This document shows positions 37,158-47,538 of a DNA stretch of 64,000 nucleotides, in pieces (position 1 is the stretch's first letter; each line of letters opens with the position of its first letter). Source of the stretch: an uncultured virus (IMG/VR IMGVR_UViG_3300009694_000018) (lineage: Duplodnaviria; Heunggongvirae; Uroviricota; Caudoviricetes). The position numbers were made by a program, and so were the translations under genes. The notes below the pieces were generated by a model that saw only the letters and a program-made list of their open reading frames with translations, ran no database searches and had not been told where the DNA came from. The stretch is taken from the IMG/VR virus record IMGVR_UViG_3300009694_000018. One strand, given 5' to 3'.

Positions 37158-39710
37158 ATGAATTATCTATTAAGTAAAAAATTCGACGGCACCTTTACAA
37201 TGAATTTTATTGGCACTCAAACACTCACTCCAACGAATAATACTATGTATCTTAAACCAACAGCAGTAATAACTGGGATAAAAAAAATCACTTCTTATTC
37301 TCAAATTGTTAGAGGAACAATAGATTCATCACAATATTTGTCAGTATTCTTCAAATATCAAAATAAATATGACAATCAACAATCTGAATGTCAAGATTGT
37401 TGGAGTGAATTGATGCCTATTTCAGCAATAACTGGAATTACATGTATACCAAATAGACCCTTCGATTTAGAATTATATTATTATAGAATTGATGATAAAA
37501 TAGATGATCTTCCACCAACAAATATAATTATAGGTGATGATGATTATACACCAGCCATAATAATATCAGGTGATTATGAATTCAATTGGACGGACGGACC
37601 ATTCACTTTAACTGAAACTATTAATGAAGTAGTTCTCATTCCAAAAGACATATATAAAATATTTTCTATTTCTGATTTTCAAGTTATAACAGATGATATT
37701 GATAATTTAGAAATATATTATAGAGTTACTCAAGATAACGGTAGAACTTATTCTAAATGGGAACCTCTCAATAAAGCAAATATATCAACGTTTAGATTCA
37801 ATAATCTTAGATTCGCTAGAGTGGAATATAAAATAAAAACAATATATCCACCAAACCAGCCGACAAACGTATATGATGTCATTTTAATTGGAGATTTTCA
37901 AAATGTTTCTGCAAATTCTTTAAAAACAAACAGATACGGAATAAGACAAGACTGTATTGTTCCGTATATAAATCATTTCACTGGATCAACAGATACATGT
38001 GGTTGGAATATAAGCACGCAATCAGGTTCGACTTATAGTATGTCACCAGGCAACGGACAAATAACGAATGTTATGACTCCTTATGATTTAAATATGAATT
38101 TTTGGACACAGGGGCTAAGTTGTTATTCATCTAATCCAAACAATTCTAATGGAACAATTCCAGCTGGGGGAACTACCGCATCAATAACTGCTCAAAATCA
38201 AAATGCTCAAATAGGCGGTTCAACATACTGGAAACCTTATGATATGACACAAATAGTTAGTTTTGCTAATATGTTAGCCAATCAAGTGAATGATGTTTTT
38301 GGTTGGGAAGTAGATTATCATTTAACTGATCCGGATTCAAACGGAATAGACTTCATATTGCACGAATATCAATTATATAATATAATTGATATGAAAAAAG
38401 TTAAAATTTTAGTACCTGATAATAAATTTCCAGATAATACAGTAAAATTCAATCAATTCAATTTGGATTTATTTGATACGTTTGAAATTCATATACTCAA
38501 AGACGAATTTAAAAGAAAATTTGGAATCGATAAAAGACCTAGTGAAAACGATATATTATACATATGTCCTATAAACAGACTATTTTATGTTAAACATTCT
38601 CAAGTTTATAGGGAAGTTATGAACGCTGGTTATTATTATAAAGTAATACTTGAGAAATACGAACAAAAAGCGAATATCAGAAATCTTCACGAAGAATCAA
38701 AAGCCTTATTAGATACACTTACTAAAAACACTACAATGCAAGAACTTATGGGGATTGAAACCACACAGGAAGAAGAAAAAATTGCTAATATTGAACAATT
38801 CAAACCTTTCACTTTTGATCCGATGAGATATGTTGTTAATAATAAAGTAATTAGAGTTCAAGAAAATATATCTAATGATAATTTCGACTTTTCAAAATCA
38901 CATTACGATTTCAAAGATGTTATTGGAAAAACCGCAGTTGTTTATAAAAAAACAGATAATGTTTTCACCGAATCAACAAACAGATCTTTCATATGTTGGT
39001 TTAATTTTAATAATTCGTGGAACCCCGATAAACCAAATATAAACTCATGGAAAACTTATGATATAGATAAAAAAACAAATTTCTGGTTCTTTGATAATTT
39101 TGATACTGTTACTAATAAAGGATACAGATCTTGGTTTTATAACAACGATATTAATTTTCAATTAAACGATCAATATTATAAATTAAGTGGATTTTTAAGT
39201 GCAACAGACAAATCTAGAATCGGTGTTAATTTATTAACTAATATTTGGTACGGCCTCGTTATAAACCTAGATCAACGTCAAAAAACAGTAGAATTGAAAT
39301 TGTATCAAAGAGATAATAATTACGATATAGTTTTCTTTAATTCTAATACTTATCAATTACAAACCATATCTTGGTTAGATTCGACAGGATATACATATTT
39401 AATAAGTTCTGGATATAAACCAGTTAATAATGTTGAACTAAATACATCAATATCAACATTTAAAATAATTAAAGAAAATAAATACGAATCAACATACGTT
39501 CAATCCTTTGATCACGAAATGGATTTAACTATTAAAGGATCTAATATAAAATACACTAATTTGAGAATATTGACAGATGTTATTCCAACGGAAGAAATAT
39601 CAAATATTCTAAATCAAAATATAATATATAATGCTGAAAAATTATTATTGGCTGATAACGCCGATAAAAATATTTATACAGAAAATTTTGTAAATAAAAA
39701 TTGGGTGTGA
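37158..39710 (+). CDS. Virion structural protein containing a T4 gp14 (neck)-like domain
   Basis: VFGWEVDYH...D.IL.EY...FGIDKRPSENDILYICPINRLFYV resembles gp14 RPxEGDLIY.P..LF; palindromic TATATATA promoter at ~37120. Confidence 0.5.
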   Translation: MNYLLSKKFDGTFTMNFIGTQTLTPTNNTMYLKPTAVITGIKKITSYSQIVRGTIDSSQYLSVFFKYQNKYDNQQSECQDCWSELMPISAITGITCIPNRPFDLELYYYRIDDKIDDLPPTNIIIGDDDYTPAIIISGDYEFNWTDGPFTLTETINEVVLIPKDIYKIFSISDFQVITDDIDNLEIYYRVTQDNGRTYSKWEPLNKANISTFRFNNLRFARVEYKIKTIYPPNQPTNVYDVILIGDFQNVSANSLKTNRYGIRQDCIVPYINHFTGSTDTCGWNISTQSGSTYSMSPGNGQITNVMTPYDLNMNFWTQGLSCYSSNPNNSNGTIPAGGTTASITAQNQNAQIGGSTYWKPYDMTQIVSFANMLANQVNDVFGWEVDYHLTDPDSNGIDFILHEYQLYNIIDMKKVKILVPDNKFPDNTVKFNQFNLDLFDTFEIHILKDEFKRKFGIDKRPSENDILYICPINRLFYVKHSQVYREVMNAGYYYKVILEKYEQKANIRNLHEESKALLDTLTKNTTMQELMGIETTQEEEKIANIEQFKPFTFDPMRYVVNNKVIRVQENISNDNFDFSKSHYDFKDVIGKTAVVYKKTDNVFTESTNRSFICWFNFNNSWNPDKPNINSWKTYDIDKKTNFWFFDNFDTVTNKGYRSWFYNNDINFQLNDQYYKLSGFLSATDKSRIGVNLLTNIWYGLVINLDQRQKTVELKLYQRDNNYDIVFFNSNTYQLQTISWLDSTGYTYLISSGYKPVNNVELNTSISTFKIIKENKYESTYVQSFDHEMDLTIKGSNIKYTNLRILTDVIPTEEISNILNQNIIYNAEKLLLADNADKNIYTENFVNKNWV

Positions 39711-39724
39711 TGAATAAAAACCAG

Positions 39725-40417
39725 ATGAAAAATTTAAAAACATTCGAAGAATATACTGATTACAGAAATGTGACTGGTTATGGAAGTATGGGAATATCTG
39801 GTGATCAAAACACAGGACCTTCTTTTAATAAAGGTCCAGATTCAGCTACTTATAGAAGACCTGATGTTATAACCATGCAAGATATTTCTATGCAGGACCC
39901 TTATTTCGGAAAAGATAGAGAATTAAAAAAAAGAAAAATAAGAAAGAATAGATATATCGATAAATTAAGAAAAAATAAAACTAAATATTTGGATGATGTT
40001 GATAAGGACACTCAGAAAAAAATGATAAAAGAGAACAATAGTAGTTTTATTTTAAAAAAAATTGGTGATAAAATCGACATTAAAAAAATATACGATGATT
40101 TGCAAGATGTCGAAAAAGTTTGTGATTATTTAAATGAAAAATATAAAAATAAGCTAATTGACATATACAGTAAAAATAAACTCTATAATATAATGTTAGT
40201 TCCTAATTCTTTATCCACTACAGGTAAATATGCAAAAAAGCTAAGACTTAACGTTAATTACAAAAAATTATTTACCAGCAATTTAACTATTAGAGATGTT
40301 GATGATGATACATATTTAGATATATTATCTGACGTTATACAAGAATACGAAATAGTAGAACCTATTAGAAAATTTACAGAAAATGATCCATATGGTGAAG
40401 AAGAATGGTATGAATAA
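39725..40417 (+). CDS. Hypothetical protein, CTS-like N-terminus and C-terminal DPYGEEEWYE
   Basis: Start placed at ATG of MKNLKTFEEY. Confidence 0.7.
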   Translation: MKNLKTFEEYTDYRNVTGYGSMGISGDQNTGPSFNKGPDSATYRRPDVITMQDISMQDPYFGKDRELKKRKIRKNRYIDKLRKNKTKYLDDVDKDTQKKMIKENNSSFILKKIGDKIDIKKIYDDLQDVEKVCDYLNEKYKNKLIDIYSKNKLYNIMLVPNSLSTTGKYAKKLRLNVNYKKLFTSNLTIRDVDDDTYLDILSDVIQEYEIVEPIRKFTENDPYGEEEWYE

Positions 40418-40418
40418 C

Positions 40419-40985
40419 ATGAAAAATTTTGACACATACATAAATGAATCAATTTTCAATGAAACTTTCGAAGAAAGAATTGATCATTTAAATGCTTTAT
40501 TTTTTGAAAATAGAAAAATATTTGCTGAAATTATATCTAATGAAAAATTGACAAAAGTAGTAAATAAATATTACATCAATTTGAGTTTAATAAGTAAATT
40601 GTTTGTTTCAATTCTAATGAAATATAAATTTCATTTTACACAAGATCAAATTAACATCATTAAAGAAAAATGGAATGTGTTTGAAAAATGTTTTAAGGTT
40701 ATTCCATTTACGGATTTTTTTTACATTAATATAAAAAAAATATTAAATAGTATATTAATTAGAATTAATCAAACATTATCTATTTTAAGATTATTGGGTA
40801 AAAAATTCGATATGGAAGGTGTCACTTTATATGATGAAAATGGAAAAATAAATTCTTATCAAACACACACAAAAAAAGGTTATACTTATTTAATCACTGA
40901 TTCGAATAAAAAATTATTAAGAGATCAACAATTAGCAGCACACGCTGATGTAGACCCTTACGGTGAAGAAAATTGGGAGGTATGA
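40419..40985 (+). CDS. Hypothetical protein, CTS-like N-terminus and C-terminal DPYGEENWEV
   Basis: Start placed at MKNFDTYINE, 1 nt after the previous stop. Confidence 0.7.
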   Translation: MKNFDTYINESIFNETFEERIDHLNALFFENRKIFAEIISNEKLTKVVNKYYINLSLISKLFVSILMKYKFHFTQDQINIIKEKWNVFEKCFKVIPFTDFFYINIKKILNSILIRINQTLSILRLLGKKFDMEGVTLYDENGKINSYQTHTKKGYTYLITDSNKKLLRDQQLAAHADVDPYGEENWEV

Positions 40986-40988
40986 TAA

Positions 40989-41288
40989 ATGAAAACATTT
41001 GTACAATTTAATAAAAATAAATCAAAATATAAAATCGGTGATGTAGTATATTATCATGGTATGCATAGAAATGCACACGGTTATTATGTGATAAAAAATT
41101 ATTATTGTTCAAATGATCAAAATATGTGGAAATATGATTTAGAATCATTGAATAAAAATACAGTTCAGTTAAGTTATATATGGGAAATTTCTCTATCTAA
41201 AACTAAAGAAGAATTTCAAGAGAACCAAAGGATTAAATCTGAAAAATATAAAGATATAGATCCTTACGGTGAAGAAGAATGGGAATAA
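40989..41288 (+). CDS. Small KOW/SH3-like protein with C-terminal DPYGEEEWE
   Basis: KYKIGDVVYY...YDLE. Confidence 0.65.
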   Translation: MKTFVQFNKNKSKYKIGDVVYYHGMHRNAHGYYVIKNYYCSNDQNMWKYDLESLNKNTVQLSYIWEISLSKTKEEFQENQRIKSEKYKDIDPYGEEEWE

Positions 41289-41317
41289 AATTAAATTTTA
41301 ATTTAATATATAGAAAT

Positions 41318-41404
41318 ATGAGTGATAATTTAAAAAATTTTATTATATTTGTAAAAGAAAAAAATAATCATAAAGATATTGATCCTTGTGACGAAGAAGA
41401 GTGA
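41318..41404 (+). CDS. 28-aa minigene or remnant MSDNLKNFIIFVKEKNNHKDIDPCDEEE
   Basis: Hand-translated; follows TTAATATATA (41303); the tag's Trp codon is TGA. Confidence 0.45.
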   Translation: MSDNLKNFIIFVKEKNNHKDIDPCDEEE

Positions 41405-41439
41405 AAATAGATTACTGAACATAAAAACATATATGAATA

Positions 41440-42339
41440 ATGAAAACGATTTTTAAAGATTCTTTGAATGAAAAAGTAGAAATGAAACAAAAATATTATA
41501 TCTATACTTTGAGCGACCCGATAGACGGTGAAGTGAAATATGTTGGGAAAACTAAAAATCTTAAAAATAGATTTTGGGCGCACAATAGTCCATATTCTCT
41601 AAAAGATTCTTGGACCTCAAAAAATAAATGGTTGTTATGGTTAAAAAACCAAGAATTGAAACCTATGATCGATGTACTAGATGAAAGCGACGCAGATAAT
41701 ATAGATAATTTAGAAATATACTGGATAGGACAACTTAAACAATGGGGGTTTAAATTGAAAAATGATACAAGTGGTGGACAAGGTGCTGATTATTGGACTG
41801 GAAAAAAAATACCAGAAGAAAGTAAATTAAAAACTTTAATGAACAATCCATTGAGAAGAGAAGTGTGTGAATACGAAATTGGGACAGATAAACTCTTAGC
41901 CGAATATATATCAACACGAGAAGCTAGTAGAAAAACTGGTCATAAAGTTTCAACTATTATAGATAGTTGTAAGGGTAAATCTACACCTAGTAAATTTGGT
42001 CATTATTGGAGATACAAAGATGAATATTTTCCTTATGTTGAAAGAGAACTTAAACACACCAAAGAAGAATTATTGAAAATGAAAATGAATCATCCAAATC
42101 GTAAATCTGTGTGTCAATATCAAATAGAAACAGATGAATTGGTTAAAGAATACGACTCTGTTCGTCAATCCGAAAAAGAAACAGGAATAAATAGAAGACA
42201 CATCATAGGTTGTTGTAAGGGAACAAAAAGTTTTAATAGTGCAGGTGGTTATTATTGGAGATATAAAGATAATTATTTTCCATTTGTTAATACTCCAGAA
42301 ACTATTGGTAAATATAACAAAAAATATAAAAATAAATAA
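41440..42339 (+). CDS. GIY-YIG homing endonuclease with NUMOD1-type repeats
   Basis: YYIYTLSDP...KYVGKT...R, N.TSGGQG, two units of the form S.R.A...TG...I..CC.G...GYYWRY. Confidence 0.8.
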   Translation: MKTIFKDSLNEKVEMKQKYYIYTLSDPIDGEVKYVGKTKNLKNRFWAHNSPYSLKDSWTSKNKWLLWLKNQELKPMIDVLDESDADNIDNLEIYWIGQLKQWGFKLKNDTSGGQGADYWTGKKIPEESKLKTLMNNPLRREVCEYEIGTDKLLAEYISTREASRKTGHKVSTIIDSCKGKSTPSKFGHYWRYKDEYFPYVERELKHTKEELLKMKMNHPNRKSVCQYQIETDELVKEYDSVRQSEKETGINRRHIIGCCKGTKSFNSAGGYYWRYKDNYFPFVNTPETIGKYNKKYKNK

Positions 42340-42345
42340 TAAGAT

Positions 42346-43947
42346 ATGAAAAACATGAATCTAATAAATTTAACAGAATTTGAAAAATTCGTCGATATGA
42401 TGAAAGAAAACATCGGAAACGCAGGAACGGTGAGGACTCGCTTCGCGCCAAGCCCAACGGGTCCGCTCCATCTGGGGGGGGTGCGAACAGCGCTCTATAA
42501 CTATCTTTTCGCTAAAAAATATAATGGGGTTTTTTACTTGAGAATTGAAGACACTGATCAAAATAGATTTGTTCCTGGAGCCGAAGAATACATAAGAAAA
42601 TCTTTAGAATGGTGTGGAATAGTTCCAGATGAAGCTCCTTGGATTGGTGGTCCATACGGCCCTTATCGTCAATCTGAAAGATATAATATCTATCCAAAAT
42701 ACGCAAAGGATTTGGTAAATGATGGTAAAGCCTATTATTGTTTCGATACACCGGATGATATTGAAGAAATGAAATCTAGATTGATCAAAAAAGGCATTCA
42801 GTCACCTCAATACGATTATAAAACTAGAATGGAAATGAAAAATTCACTTTCATTATCGCCAAGAGAAGTAGATGACTTACTTTCAAAAAATGTACCATAT
42901 GTAATTAGAGTAAAATTTCCAGAAAATCAAAATATAGTTGTTAATGATATTATTAGAGGAACTATAAACGTAAATACGGATACATTAGATGATAAAGTTT
43001 TATTTAAGTCGGATGGTCTTCCAACTTATCATTTGGCTAATATAGTTGATGATCATTTAATGAAAACAAGTCACGTGATTAGAGGTGAAGAATGGCTTCC
43101 GAGTGCTCCACTTCACGTATTTTTATACGATTCATTTGGATGGAAAGCTCCTGAATTTGCGCATTTAGCTCTTTTACTTAATCCTGGTGGAAATGGTAAA
43201 TTATCAAAACGTAATGGTGATGAAATGGGATTCCCAGTATTTCCTCTAAAATGGCAAGATCCAAAAGATCCTTCTAAAAGTTCAAGCGGATATAAAGATT
43301 CAGGATATTTACCAGAAGCTTTTATAAATTTCTTAGCTTTTCTTGGTTGGAATCCAGGAACAGAACAAGAAATTATGTCAATGGATGAATTGGCCAAATC
43401 TTTTTCATTAGAAAGATGTGGTAAATCCGGTGCTAAATTTAATATTGATAAAGCTAAATGGTATAACGGTCAATATTTGAAACAAATGCCAGATGAAGAA
43501 GTTGTTGTTCAATTAAAACCAATGTTAAAAGAAAGAGGTATAGACCTCCCAGATAGAACTATTAAGAAAATGGTTGAAATGAATAAAGGCAAGGCTAATT
43601 TTATAAAAGACATTTATGATGCTTCTTTATATTTATTTGAAAAACCAACAACTTATGATAAAAAAGTAGCCGAAAAGAAATGGACAGATAAAAGTCCTGC
43701 TATAATTGAGGGAATAAAAGAATCTGTTATAAAAGTGTCCAATTGGACATCAGAAAACATTCAAAAGGCTTTTGAAGATTATGTTAACTCTAATGGTTTA
43801 AATTTTGGTGCAGTTGCTCCTTCTTTGAGACTCGTTTTAACTGGAATGGGATTTGGACCTTCTTTATTTGATATAATGGAAATTATTGGTAAAGAAGGAA
43901 CAATAGATAGATTGACAAACTACAATATAAAAACGAAGAAAAAATAA
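42346..43947 (+). CDS. gltX: Glutamyl-tRNA synthetase
   Basis: RTRFAPSPTGPLHLGG (HIGH), LRIEDTD, VDDH.M..SHVIRGEEW, GKLSKR (KMSKS). Confidence 0.95.
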   Translation: MKNMNLINLTEFEKFVDMMKENIGNAGTVRTRFAPSPTGPLHLGGVRTALYNYLFAKKYNGVFYLRIEDTDQNRFVPGAEEYIRKSLEWCGIVPDEAPWIGGPYGPYRQSERYNIYPKYAKDLVNDGKAYYCFDTPDDIEEMKSRLIKKGIQSPQYDYKTRMEMKNSLSLSPREVDDLLSKNVPYVIRVKFPENQNIVVNDIIRGTINVNTDTLDDKVLFKSDGLPTYHLANIVDDHLMKTSHVIRGEEWLPSAPLHVFLYDSFGWKAPEFAHLALLLNPGGNGKLSKRNGDEMGFPVFPLKWQDPKDPSKSSSGYKDSGYLPEAFINFLAFLGWNPGTEQEIMSMDELAKSFSLERCGKSGAKFNIDKAKWYNGQYLKQMPDEEVVVQLKPMLKERGIDLPDRTIKKMVEMNKGKANFIKDIYDASLYLFEKPTTYDKKVAEKKWTDKSPAIIEGIKESVIKVSNWTSENIQKAFEDYVNSNGLNFGAVAPSLRLVLTGMGFGPSLFDIMEIIGKEGTIDRLTNYNIKTKKK

Positions 43948-44289
43948 ATGATAAAGAAGTTCGAGAATTTTAAAGATGTAGATCCCTACGACGAAGAAAT
44001 ATGGGAGGATGATAATAAAAAAATATTAGATAATTTATTATCATTATTAATAAAAAGGGGGTGGAAGATTTCAGAAGAAGATCATAGATATTATAAGATG
44101 TCCGCTCCATCTGATTTCGGGTTTTTAGAAGATCCTCCTGAGGAATATGCCTTTAAAGGAAGATGGAAACCATATAGATTAAACATACCAAAAAATGTAG
44201 AAAAAAATGATTTTATCGATAATATAAATAAAGTTATAGAAATATTAATGGATATGTATGACGATGAAAGAGATAATTATATAAAATAA
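43948..44289 (+). CDS. Hypothetical protein with N-terminal MIKKFENF and DPYDEEIW
   Basis: Direct translation. Confidence 0.65.
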   Translation: MIKKFENFKDVDPYDEEIWEDDNKKILDNLLSLLIKRGWKISEEDHRYYKMSAPSDFGFLEDPPEEYAFKGRWKPYRLNIPKNVEKNDFIDNINKVIEILMDMYDDERDNYIK

Positions 44290-44300
44290 TAAAAGTATAA

Positions 44301-44702
44301 ATGTCTAATTTAACAACAGATTTTGAAGAGTATAAAAATAAGAAAGTGAAAGAGTTTAATCCTAAAAAAGGATTTGATCCGATATCTTCGGATATTATTG
44401 CTTTAAAGGAATTAGAAGACGGGAATATAGAAAAAGTCGAAGGTCCGATTGAGATACTTCAGGTATCCGATATAATAACCGATAAAGATAGAATTGCTAA
44501 ATTAGAAGAAGCTATAATCGGACCACAATTTAATATGACAAGTAATCCAAGTGAAATTAAAATTGGAAGTATCATATGGTTAACTGCCTTAGCACAAAGA
44601 CCTCAAAGTGCGTCTTGGAATGTTCAACCAAGTTACGTGACGATCCAAACGAGAGTTGTGAATATTTACCAGGGATTAAATAAATTAAAAACAATTAAGT
44701 GA
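44301..44702 (+). CDS. Hypothetical protein
   Basis: Co-oriented ORF with normal composition. Confidence 0.6.
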   Translation: MSNLTTDFEEYKNKKVKEFNPKKGFDPISSDIIALKELEDGNIEKVEGPIEILQVSDIITDKDRIAKLEEAIIGPQFNMTSNPSEIKIGSIIWLTALAQRPQSASWNVQPSYVTIQTRVVNIYQGLNKLKTIK

Positions 44703-44908
44703 TTTAATGATAAATAGATTATAATTTAACTATTAAAGGATATAATTGAAAAATCAGATGAAAAGATTAAAAACATTAGAAGAACTTGTTGGATTTGGAT
44801 TATCATCATATCACGTAGAAAATGATCAAAATAAAACGATGAAGATGAAGATGATGGTTTTGATACAAAACATCAAATTGATGATTTAAAAATAAAAAAA
44901 ATAATGAT

Positions 44909-45256
44909 ATGGAAACATTAAAGATAACTATTAAAAGAGCCGATTTGAAAGTCGGTGATGATATTATGACTAAAGGAGAATACGACAATGTTGATTTAGA
45001 AAATCAAATTGGCAAAATTTTAAAAATAGAGGAATATGGTAATCTTTTAATAGAATTTAACGATTCTTTTAGCAAACAATTACATTCGGGACATAATGAT
45101 ATTGGTAAAGCTAAACATTGTTTCTATGTACCTTTAACAAATATATTATCAAATGATAAAACTAAATTCGAAAAATTGAAAAAAAGATCGGTTTATAACG
45201 TAGATGATAAGCAATGGTGGTTTGCTAATAGAGGTAAAAAAATGGGAAAAACATAA
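44909..45256 (+). CDS. SH3/KOW-like domain protein
   Basis: DLKVGDDI...GKI...LLIEF...H.G...G...HCFYV. Confidence 0.55.
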   Translation: METLKITIKRADLKVGDDIMTKGEYDNVDLENQIGKILKIEEYGNLLIEFNDSFSKQLHSGHNDIGKAKHCFYVPLTNILSNDKTKFEKLKKRSVYNVDDKQWWFANRGKKMGKT

Positions 45257-45354
45257 AGTTTTAATAAATTATATTAAACTTTATAAAACTGTTTATAGTT
45301 AAATGAATATATAATAATTAATTTAGAAAGATTTTTCTAAATTGAAATTATTAT

Positions 45355-46340
45355 ATGAAAAATGTTTTTATAATTGGTTCTTATCCATCCAACGAAAGGA
45401 GAATTAAAATATTAAAAAATGCATAAATAATATCAAGGAATTAAACTTTGATATTATTTTAACAACCCATTTACCAATATTAGATAAAGAAATCTATGAT
45501 ATTGTAGATTACGTTATATATGATAAATACAACGTTAAAGATTTTCTAGACTATTCTATTAACGTCGATTATAATGGATGGTGGGCAACACTTCAGAATT
45601 TTTCATGTAGAGTTTTATATGATAATTCTATACATCTTAATATTTTCAGATCCATTTATAATGGGGTTTCACTGGCTGATAAATTGGGGTATGAATATTT
45701 TAATTATTTAGAAGGTGATTGTATCATAAATGATAAAAAAGAACTATTAAACATCCAAAATAATATGTTTTCAAATAATTATAATCTATGGTTTTATGAA
45801 TATTGTATGAATGATGGCGGAGGAGATTATAATTCTTATAGTACATTATTATTTGGAGGCATTCCGAATTTTTTTGTTGAAAATTTAAAAAATATACCTA
45901 TAAGTGTGGATGGATGGATTAGTAATTCTACTTATTATCAAAATGGATTAGAAATTATAATTAATAAAGAATTAAAAAACATAAAAGAAAAAATATTATC
46001 TATACCATGTGAATCTATTGATAGCATGATCGATCACTTAATTGAAAGAGAATATGGAATGAATAATATTTTTTTTTATGATGGAAATAATTTTTATATT
46101 TTTTTGTTCAATGAACACGAACAAACAATCGTTAATATGTATATCAATGATGATATTTATATGGATATAAATTTATGTGAAAGAGAATACAATATCCATA
46201 AAATCAATATAAATGATTTTTTAAATAAAAAAATAAAATTGAATTATTTTATAGATAATGAATTAGAAACAGTAGAAAAATATTTGGATGAAAAAACAAT
46301 AAATAAATTGAAAAAATCTAATAAAATTGTTTTTAATTAA
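45355..46340 (+). pseudogene. Glycosyltransferase-like gene split by a -1 frameshift at an A6 run (45414-45419)
   Basis: MKNVFIIGSYP...ILK in frame 0 continues as CINNIKELNFDIILTTHLP...ADKLGYEYFNYLEGDCII in the -1 frame, which is open into ORF 45684..46340. Confidence 0.55.
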
Positions 46341-46732
46341 AATATAGTATAATATATTATTATATAGATAATAGTAATAACGAACAAAATAGCTTTCAAT
46401 ATCCAAATAATCTTAGATTTTAATTTCACTTCAATATCTGATGTTTTACCGGTGTACCATAGTTTCCATCCGTTGATCCAGTTAATACACAAATCATATA
46501 TAGTCCAAGTCCAATTCAACCCAAGAAGTCCGGCTAGGATCATGTCTTGCCAATTTGGAAACAATTGATAAATAGCAAAAAGAACAATTAAAGCTCTTAA
46601 TGTCATTCCTAAAGAATGCCATATGCTAGATAATTTAGCTGGATGTCCATTGAGAGTCCATTTCAATACCACTCCTTCACGAAGAGACATTATTAAAATG
46701 ATGATAAATAAAATAAATATTGTAACATACAT
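46337..46732 (-). CDS. Hypothetical membrane protein
   Basis: Three to four hydrophobic segments. Confidence 0.6.
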   Translation of the reverse strand: MYVTIFILFIIILIMSLREGVVLKWTLNGHPAKLSSIWHSLGMTLRALIVLFAIYQLFPNWQDMILAGLLGLNWTWTIYDLCINWINGWKLWYTGKTSDIEVKLKSKIIWILKAILFVITIIYIIIYYTIF

Positions 46733-46744
46733 TATTTTTATGGA

Positions 46745-47260
46745 TTATTTTTCTTCCAATAATGTTGCCGGGTTCAATAAATCAAATCTATCTGTTGAAA
46801 ACATATAGATTTTCTCAACTCCTATACCGTTTTCGTTTTTAGATATTCTACATCCAATATTTATTTTACCTTTATCGTTTATTGATTTAACAGTGAATGT
46901 TTTATAAGTCATTAAGAAATCATAGGCATCTTGTGGCATCTTAGATGATTTCTTATCATCCGTTAAAACTAGAACATCTCCAACTTTAAAATTTTTTCCA
47001 ACCTTTGGTTTCTTTTCTTTTCTTTGTTGACGTTGATATTGTTCATCATCATTATTATACCATCCTTCGTTTCCGTCATCATATCCACCATCCCCATTAC
47101 AATCAGGACAATTTCTGTCTTCATTATTTGGATCTATGCCAGAACCTTCACAAGTACCACACTCGACGAATGATTCGTTAATTTTTTTATTTTTTAAAGT
47201 TTCAATCTTGGGTAATTGTTTTTCTTCCACATTCTTTTTGAACCAATCCTTAAATTTCAT
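46745..47260 (-). CDS. Protein with a DnaJ-type Zn finger (CxxCxGxG x2) and a KOW-like domain
   Basis: CGTCEGSG...CPDCNGDG; NFKVGDVLVL. Confidence 0.65.
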   Translation of the reverse strand: MKFKDWFKKNVEEKQLPKIETLKNKKINESFVECGTCEGSGIDPNNEDRNCPDCNGDGGYDDGNEGWYNNDDEQYQRQQRKEKKPKVGKNFKVGDVLVLTDDKKSSKMPQDAYDFLMTYKTFTVKSINDKGKINIGCRISKNENGIGVEKIYMFSTDRFDLLNPATLLEEK

Positions 47261-47366
47261 AATATTTATATTTATTTTTTACGAAGTTAAATAATTTTTT
47301 TTAATTTACAAAATTATATATTAAAATTGAAAAATGTTTTTTTATATATAATTAAAAAAAATTAAT

Positions 47367-47523
47367 ATGATTAAATTATTCGAAGAATTTAATATATTTA
47401 GAAAAAAGAAAATAGATCCATACGAAGGATTATCTAAGATAGAAACCTTTAAGAAATTTAGAAATTAGAGATAAGATGAAAGATATTGATCCATACGGAG
47501 AAGAAAATTGGGACGATGATTAA
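47367..47523 (+). pseudogene. Frameshifted minigene: MIKLFEEF... then (+1 frame) MKDIDPYGEENWDDD
   Basis: Hand-translated; preceded by TTGA-N12-TATATATA (47327-47350). Confidence 0.45.
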
Positions 47524-47538
47524 AAATAAATATAAATT

